From Octopus sinensis (taxonomy: Eukaryota), in contig NC_043002.1 of assembly GCF_006345805.1 (NCBI RefSeq), positions 44,640,001 through 44,704,000 of the forward strand: a stretch of 64,000 bases of DNA. The letters are read 5' to 3'. Shown here one piece after another: positions 61,953 to 64,000 of the stretch (positions are counted from its first letter, which is position 1; the number at the start of each line of letters is the position of its first letter). The notes beneath the pieces are model-generated. The model was not told the DNA's origin. It made no database searches and saw only the letters and a list, made by a program, of their open reading frames with translations. Position numbers and translations under genes: made by a program.

Positions 61953-62340
61953 CCCTCTTTCTTTCCTTTCCTGAACGTCCAATAACACTATACTTGTTCC
62001 ACGTCCTTGCGTTGTTGTGTTTTCTCTTTGTGTTTTCATGTTTGGATTAACTTTATATATATATATATATATCAAGTAAGTTAGGGGTTGTGGATCCAAC
62101 TAAGGGATAACACTTATCCAATATACTGTTGGTATAATACCCAAATAATTAATACGCAAGTGTTTTTAATTGCAATGCAATAAACTTATTGTATTAAATG
62201 AGTGAAGGTAAAGAAATATTTTACCATTAATTTATATTACAAATAAGAAAATGGAGAAACACACTAGCTGGTTTATCAGCTTTAGGATATTAGAATGTTG
62301 ACTTATTTATTTATCAAAACGACAACCATAATAACATACA

Positions 62341-63322
62341 TATATTTCTGACCAAGCTCCATCAGAACATATAAAAGCTAATCAGCATATCCACATTTAT
62401 ATAGACGAGTGAATTCGTATTTCCCTCCAACTTTACCATGTGCGTCACAAGGTAGTACTGCTGAAAAAGATTCGCAGTTTTGTTATCGGGGAGTGATTTA
62501 TAATTCCTGAAATATTATGTTGATAACGGAAATGAATTTTTATAATTCTGATCCTGAAACGCGTCCATAATGAATCGAAGACTGTTTGATTTCATTATTT
62601 TTCTTCTTTTTGCCTGTGTGAGTTACAAATATTGTTATCTGTGGAGACATTTTTGTAGAAAAAAGAAATATCAGTCTTTTGGCTGCTATTTCTAAAACTT
62701 TCGGTATGTGGTCAAGCAACTTGTGGTCAAACCCTTAATTATTGTTATAATTATATATAAAAAAAACTCTTTGTATAACTTTTTACCGAATATGGTTCTT
62801 TTCCATACCGAAAACTACTAGGTGAAATTTGTTAATTTTATTAGATTAATAATTTTTTACCCCATATCTGTAATGATTATTTCACTCCCCGATAACAAAA
62901 CTGCGAATCGTTTTCTGCAGTACTATCTTGTGACGCACATGGTAAAGTTGGAGGGAAATACGAATTCACTCGTCTATATAAATGTGGATATGCTGATTAG
63001 CTTTTATATGTTCTGATGGCGCTTGGTCAGAAATATAAGGGATAAGTTTTCCTAGCATTTCCAGATTTATAATTCTCGAAATATTATGTTGATAACAGAA
63101 AGGAATTTTTATAATTCTGATCCTGAAACGCGTCCATAATGAATCGAAGACTGTTTGATTTCATTATTTTTCTTCTTTTTGCCTGTGTGAGTTACAAATA
63201 TTGTTATCTGTGGGGACATATTTTTGTAGAAAAAAGAAATATCAGTCTTTTGGCTGCTATTTCTAGAACTTTAGGTATGTGGTCAAACAACTTGTTGCTA
63301 AACCCTTAATTATTGTTATAAT
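62341..63322. repeat. Rearranged duplication A-B-x-A(inverted)-B
   Basis: 62341-62497 is the near reverse complement of 62882-63038. 62497-62752 is directly repeated at about 63066-63322. Confidence 0.9.
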
Positions 63323-63354
<32 letters not shown>

Positions 63355-63447
63355 CTAGATACATATCACTTATACACCCATGTCCATGAGTACACATAAT
63401 ATTTAATTATTACCAATATTATTATTATTATTAGTAGTAGTAGTAGC

Positions 63448-63484
<37 letters not shown>

Positions 63485-64000
63485 ATAATAATAGATTCTG
63501 TGTAATCTTCATTTCACAATACATAGTATAGGAGATTCAAATATATAGTATACTATAATATAATGTAAACAGATTTTTATGAAAGATGTAATCTTATTAA
63601 TTTTAAAATCACAGTCAATATATTCATATATCATAACATCATAACAGTTAGACTAGGGTTATTACATTATAATTCTTCATGCACATAAGTACATGCGTAT
63701 GTGCAACAAGTAGATGCATATTCATATATATACCTACGTACAAATATACATCAATATCTATGAGATTTTTTTCTTTTTCATCATAACGAAAGTATACATA
63801 CATGTTAGAACACCAAATTTATAATATAATTTCACTCCCTACAACCTAAATACAATTGACATGTAAGGGCACAATAAATTACTTTTTCCAAAGGCTGATT
63901 TTAATGATTTTAATAATTTATATTAAGTTTTTTTTTAATAACTACTTGTATTCTTATCTTAAATGTATTGAATTTTATAATGTATGTATTTATGTTATTA

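Overview
This is an AT-rich, microsatellite- and transposon-dense animal genomic window. The SINE and LINE families look like those of Octopus; that assignment is my recognition and was not database-checked. I found no intact host gene, rRNA, tRNA or CRISPR array. The window contains decayed Tx1/L1-clade LINE fragments, many R4/Dong-type (restriction-like endonuclease) LINE pieces stacked in (AAT)n repeats, two Penelope-like elements (PLEs), a decayed Gypsy pol, non-autonomous Helitrons, MITE-like foldbacks, three tRNA-headed SINE families, several hammerhead-ribozyme-like motifs and a possible GPCR pseudogene. The stand-out feature is a 10.5-kb head-to-tail array (47355-57879, minus strand) of eight LINE-derived units from at least three diverged families. 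Each complete unit carries only an ORF1/gag-like gene (RRM-like region, CCHC knuckle and an unassigned C-terminal domain) and no reverse transcriptase. Each unit that retains its 3' end finishes with AATAAA followed by the same 11-bp motif (GTGTCATATTG, degenerate at one junction), and the motif is present even where the next unit is 5'-truncated. This suggests a sequence-specific or self-targeting 'half-LINE' system. All identities and alignments were made by eye.
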